A stretch of DNA of 62,842 nucleotides, the filler included. It is 7 parts of 7 records of this genome, joined end to end, with 100 filler letters (N's around TTAATTAATTAA, not from the genome) between each part and the next. Parts side by side here need not be neighbours in the genome. Positions count along the whole stretch, not along the records: positions 57,439 to 62,842 come from SRR20825010_5533; 6 more parts are not named here. One strand, written 5' to 3'. A model generated the notes under the pieces. That model ran no database searches. It had not been told where the DNA came from and was given only the letters and a program-made list of their open reading frames with translations. Position 1 is the stretch's first letter; every line of letters begins with the position of its first letter. This document shows, piece after piece, positions 58,863 through 62,842 of the stretch. A program made the translations under genes and the position numbers.

Positions 58863-60320
58863 ATGAAATATCTACTGATTATTTTCTTCCTTATAAGTAC
58901 ATTCTGCGCGCTCACGCAAGAAACCGTGATTTCTGCGGAACAATTGAGTAAATACAAAGAAAATCAATACGAGCTTGACAAAAACTATGGTGGAATGGGT
59001 CCAATGATCTTCAAACCAAATTTTGGAAAAGGTGTTGAAATACAGGAACCTTGGGTTGGAGTTAGTATGCTCTCAGATGTAATAGAGTTTCAATTTGCAG
59101 TAGGAAAATCTTATCGAAAACAACCGATTAAAGAAGAATCCATTTTCCCAGTTGGAAATTACGGAAGCGATTTCGGATATATGATGTCCGTTGGAGGTAC
59201 CGTACCCATTAACGCCCTCAATTTTGGTTCATACAAAAACGAATTTCGAATCCTTCGTGGACACCCAACCGCAGGAGGTTCACTTGGATGGTATAATTTT
59301 AAAAGTACGAACCAATTTGATCACGACAGAACGAACCTTTTGTTTATGAGCGTGAATCCCGGATACCGCGTTCGCCTCTCAGTAGGTTCCATAGAAGCAA
59401 ATCTGAATATGCGCTTAGGAATGCACACTGGAGGAGGCGATTATCAATTCTACAGAGCAAGTGGGATTTATCCATCTCTAACTTTTCGGATGGATGCAAT
59501 GAAGGGAATGCTGAATCCATCGATGGTATCGGTTTCTGGATCACTAACCACTGTCGACAATGTTAACTCCACTACTCGCCGAACAGGTTCGCGCTATACT
59601 TCTGGTGGAGGAAGGATAGATTACTACACCACGACAACAACTGCTGACGTTACCGTTACACCTTTTAACGTTGGAATTCAAGATGTTGGTCCATACTTCG
59701 GAATTGGTCCCAAGGTGAGTTTTATGAGTCCACGAAGATCGGATCATATCAATCTGGGACGAATGGTAGGTGTAGCTGCAGAGGGAAGAATCTCTTGGGC
59801 CGACCTTGGTGTTACACTCGAAGGTGGAAACGTTGGTCACGGGAGTGTTCTCGATTATAAACCGAAGGACGAACCACGTAATCGAGCCGACAAAGACAAA
59901 AGCGATGCCATAGGAACGCTAAATACCGTAAACATGTATGTAACAATAGGAATCGATATCTCCCCAATTTTCCTAATGCCCTTTGGGCTCATCGTTGAGA
60001 AAGGGGAAGCAACCAGCTTTCTCTCTGCCTCAGCAGGATTTATCGTCGGTGGGCATTACGCCTTTGGTCAAGAATACGACAATCCCGCGTATGCAGATCT
60101 TTTCCTAGAAGACATCGCCAATAATGATCCGAACGTGCTTAAAAACAAATACGTAGATCCGTCTGATGTAGGTCTCGGATTTTTGGGCGGCTACTATTTT
60201 GCAGTCCATGTGGGTGCCGTGAGTTTTAAGGCAACGAATTATCGCTACTTCGGAGCACCATTTGCCGGAACCACGATGTACAGCGTAGCGTGGAAATTTC
60301 CAGTGCTTTTTGATCGATAA
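58863..60320 (+). CDS. Hypothetical exported protein, possibly an outer-membrane beta-barrel
   Basis: Signal peptide, Gly/aromatic beta-strand pattern, terminal YSVAWKF strand. Confidence 0.6.
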   Translation: MKYLLIIFFLISTFCALTQETVISAEQLSKYKENQYELDKNYGGMGPMIFKPNFGKGVEIQEPWVGVSMLSDVIEFQFAVGKSYRKQPIKEESIFPVGNYGSDFGYMMSVGGTVPINALNFGSYKNEFRILRGHPTAGGSLGWYNFKSTNQFDHDRTNLLFMSVNPGYRVRLSVGSIEANLNMRLGMHTGGGDYQFYRASGIYPSLTFRMDAMKGMLNPSMVSVSGSLTTVDNVNSTTRRTGSRYTSGGGRIDYYTTTTTADVTVTPFNVGIQDVGPYFGIGPKVSFMSPRRSDHINLGRMVGVAAEGRISWADLGVTLEGGNVGHGSVLDYKPKDEPRNRADKDKSDAIGTLNTVNMYVTIGIDISPIFLMPFGLIVEKGEATSFLSASAGFIVGGHYAFGQEYDNPAYADLFLEDIANNDPNVLKNKYVDPSDVGLGFLGGYYFAVHVGAVSFKATNYRYFGAPFAGTTMYSVAWKFPVLFDR

Positions 60321-60373
60321 CTGAACCAACTACTCAACTTGAATAGTCGGTTCAGTATTCAATGAATAGAAAC

Positions 60374-60997
60374 TTACATCTTCGTAAATTCAAACCAAAT
60401 TTGATGTTCTCCGTCTGAATTTTCTTTCGACGATACAACTAGATTAAATTGATCTCCGTAAAAAGGATTTTGACCAATTTTTGTGGATGCCAAAACAATA
60501 CATTCTGTAACCATGGAATGAACCATGCTGTCCAATTCCAAATTAGCAATAGTCGTAGGCGTAAACCATGATACGATTAATCCACTATCCACAGAAATAT
60601 AATTGGAGATATCTGAGTAAATCACATTTTCTCCATTTTTAAATTGACCATTGCTGAGGCATAAAAAAGACGCCGAGCAACGACCAACACTTACATTTGG
60701 TTTGTTTGGATCATACAAATTTGCGATTCCAGCTAAATACGAGGAATCATTCGTTGTGGTAACTTTTGGAAGAACCGGTTTGGATGGAATTTCAATAAAA
60801 CTCGCAATGAATTCCGCTACGTTTAAATAATAGGTCATGTTTTTTAATTTAAATAGTGATTTGTCCTTAGAAAAGTAGTTATTTAGAAATTCATCTTTCC
60901 ATGTATAAACACCTGATTTAAGATCAGAGCAAACTTTAAATAAATGCCAAAAATTATCAGTTTCGATCAGTCGATCATTGATTGCATTCGAGAACAT
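60374..60997 (-). CDS. Hypothetical protein
   Basis: 207-aa ORF; no recognised motif. Confidence 0.5.
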   Translation of the reverse strand: MFSNAINDRLIETDNFWHLFKVCSDLKSGVYTWKDEFLNNYFSKDKSLFKLKNMTYYLNVAEFIASFIEIPSKPVLPKVTTTNDSSYLAGIANLYDPNKPNVSVGRCSASFLCLSNGQFKNGENVIYSDISNYISVDSGLIVSWFTPTTIANLELDSMVHSMVTECIVLASTKIGQNPFYGDQFNLVVSSKENSDGEHQIWFEFTKM

Positions 60998-61068
60998 GAA
61001 TAATTCTATCGCTTATTCAATTTGAAATTCTAATTTTAATCCAACCTATCGAAAAAACACTTTGCTCG

Positions 61069-61635
61069 ATGAAAAAAATATTTCTCCCGTTTCTATTTTT
61101 GATCATTCTGACCTCGGGTTGCAATGACCACGAAGCCATTAAAATGGCTCAATATCTCTCCTCGGAAAATGAAATCCTCATTGAAATGAGAACTACTGAC
61201 CCTAATTATTTGGAGGTGTTCCCAGAAGGAGTGATTCCATGGATATCAATAGAAAATGCCTCCGATCAGATCAAAAATCTCGTTGGTAAGGACGATATTG
61301 TTCTCCTAAGAGATACTGCAAGAATTATCATCGATTACCCCGTGCGCGTGGCATTTGAAATTGAAATAACCTCAGATAGACCAATAGGATTTACACGCGC
61401 TGAATTGATTCTAAAAATTAGTGAAGAATACAGGCGAATTTATCGAGAAGAGGAATTTTCCGCGGCTACAAGAGCCGTTCAAAATGGAGATAGAGAAGCG
61501 TTTGTGAATAGAAACACTGCAGATGGCACATACGGAATATGGGGACACGATTTGATCGATCTAGATTTGTCTGGCATCTATATTCATAAAAATGGTAAAA
61601 GGCATCCAAGACTTGAATTATTCATTGAGTCATAA
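61069..61635 (+). CDS. Hypothetical lipoprotein with a YGIWGHD motif
   Basis: Lipobox LTSGC; IDYP..., GFTRAEL....Y..IY.EE, GTYGIWGHDL.DL. Confidence 0.7.
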   Translation: MKKIFLPFLFLIILTSGCNDHEAIKMAQYLSSENEILIEMRTTDPNYLEVFPEGVIPWISIENASDQIKNLVGKDDIVLLRDTARIIIDYPVRVAFEIEITSDRPIGFTRAELILKISEEYRRIYREEEFSAATRAVQNGDREAFVNRNTADGTYGIWGHDLIDLDLSGIYIHKNGKRHPRLELFIES

Positions 61636-61854
61636 CGGAAAAAATCCAACCCTAACAATTTGGAAGATGTTGGCACTCTTGTTCAATGGTTTAAAAACTC
61701 ACCCGCCCTTAACTTTAACCTCGAAGACTACCAAAATATGATCACTTCATTCAAAACTCAATACGACATAGACAATAATGCTATGTCAAAAAAAGGATTC
61801 ACGTAGCTGAACACTATTCCGCCTAACTTATCGTTTTCTACTAAACCTTCATCC

Positions 61855-62793
61855 ATGTATAAAGTAACCTTCATCGTTTGCTTAATCCTCGCACTTACTT
61901 CTTGTTCAAAGGAACGACGCTCAAACAAAGCGGGAGAGAAAATGCAACAATTTGTTCAGGACATTTCTTCGTACGCAAAAGGAATAAAATCCAATTTCTT
62001 GATTATTCCACAAAACGGTTCGGAATTAGGCTTCAACTACCTTGATCCTTCAGAAGGAAGAAATGAAACCTACCTCGCTGCCATCGACGGAATCGGTATT
62101 GAAGAGTTGTTTTATGATGGAGGATATTCCCCAGATCAAGGAGATTTAGATCGACTAAGGATTCTAGCAGGGTCGGAACGCATTCTTGTTGCCGAAAATC
62201 TAACGGATGCTGCGAACATTCCCGACGCCATTCAGAAAAATTTGACCGAAGGATTTCTATGCTTTCCACGAGATGCGTCGAATTACGATTACATTAATAT
62301 TCCGCCCAATCCAACGAATGAAAACAGCAATGATGTTCTTTCGCTACAAGATGCCAAAAACTATCTTTACCTCATCAACTCAAAAAACTATTCGACTAAA
62401 CAAGCATTTCTGAGTGCTCTCGCGTCCACCAATTATGATATTCTGCTGATCGATCTTTTCTACGAAATTGAATCCTTTACCTCCACCGAAATTAACCAAT
62501 TAAAGACAAAAGCAAACGGCGGAAAACGGTTAGTGATTTCTTACATGAATGTCGGATCGGCTGAAAACTACCGCTACTATTGGAAAGAGAAATGGAAAAA
62601 AGGTCGACCAAATTGGCTCGCGAAAGAATACGAAGGTTATGAAGATGAAATTTGGGTCAAGTTCTGGAAAGATGATTGGCGAGAAATTATTTTCGGGAAT
62701 GATAACTCTTATACGAAGCGCATTATTGATGCAGGATTTGATGGCGCATATTTAGACAATGTTGAGGCGTATTACTTTCTTTACTTTGAGTGA
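61855..62793 (+). CDS. Endo-alpha-1,4-polygalactosaminidase-like (TM1410/MJ1477, GH114-related) lipoprotein
   Basis: Lipobox LTSC; SYMNVGSAENYRYYW, GFDGAYLDNV, IIPQNG, IDGIGIEELFY. Confidence 0.82.
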   Translation: MYKVTFIVCLILALTSCSKERRSNKAGEKMQQFVQDISSYAKGIKSNFLIIPQNGSELGFNYLDPSEGRNETYLAAIDGIGIEELFYDGGYSPDQGDLDRLRILAGSERILVAENLTDAANIPDAIQKNLTEGFLCFPRDASNYDYINIPPNPTNENSNDVLSLQDAKNYLYLINSKNYSTKQAFLSALASTNYDILLIDLFYEIESFTSTEINQLKTKANGGKRLVISYMNVGSAENYRYYWKEKWKKGRPNWLAKEYEGYEDEIWVKFWKDDWREIIFGNDNSYTKRIIDAGFDGAYLDNVEAYYFLYFE

Positions 62794-62842
62794 TATTGGT
62801 TGTCACGGATTAAAAATCCGCGACTAAACGACTTATAAACGT

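Noticed and set aside
57443-60997. AAA ATPase plus hypotheticals as an anti-phage or secretion system
   Set aside because: A CbbX/SpoVK-type ATPase with no nuclease, effector or secretion genes nearby and a truncated 5' context gives no support
61636-61806. Stop-codon readthrough: 56 open in-frame codons after the TAA of 61069-61635
   Set aside because: TAA is rarely recoded, no SECIS-like structure was seen, and the protein looks complete at LELFIES; more likely chance or a gene remnant

Overview
This window is not one locus. It is seven unrelated contigs joined by 100-nt artificial spacers (N44-TTAATTAATTAA-N44). Taxon labels are inferred from gene content and composition. (1) 1-13317, Flavobacteriaceae-like: tRNA 3' end, USP, rimP-nusA-infB, a CBM9/DUF5916 outer-membrane protein, a SPOR protein and alternative complex III actA/actB. 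(2) 13418-23434, Planctomycete (Rhodopirellula-like): a DUF1559-type prepilin gene start behind a Fur-like box, two ABC ATPases, two large FtsX/MacB-type permeases and an exported Fes-like esterase. (3) 23535-30314, Alphaproteobacterium: FAD oxidoreductase, a vWA + J-domain pair, galU-ugd-pgm, a VOC protein and a small RHH-like gene. (4) 30415-43810, Flavobacteriaceae-like: trpEGDCFBA, a TetR-TolC-EmrAB efflux operon and a UDG-family gene. (5) 43911-48696, Bacteroidetes: a cluster of small stress-type genes. (6) 48797-57338, Rhodobacteraceae-like: RTX proteins and an EPS cluster. (7) 57439-62842, Bacteroidetes: CbbX/SpoVK-type AAA ATPase, hypotheticals and a permuted polygalactosaminidase. The most unusual signal is in the trp operon. 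A frameshifted four-helix-bundle (23S rRNA-IVP/Avd-like) gene sits between trpD and trpC, bracketed by oppositely oriented 8-mer tandem arrays that include a perfect 23-bp inverted repeat. Four other trp spacers carry similar 7/8-mer arrays with no gene, which suggests a repeat-flanked intergenic cassette that is gained and lost. No database searches were run; family calls come from motif recognition.
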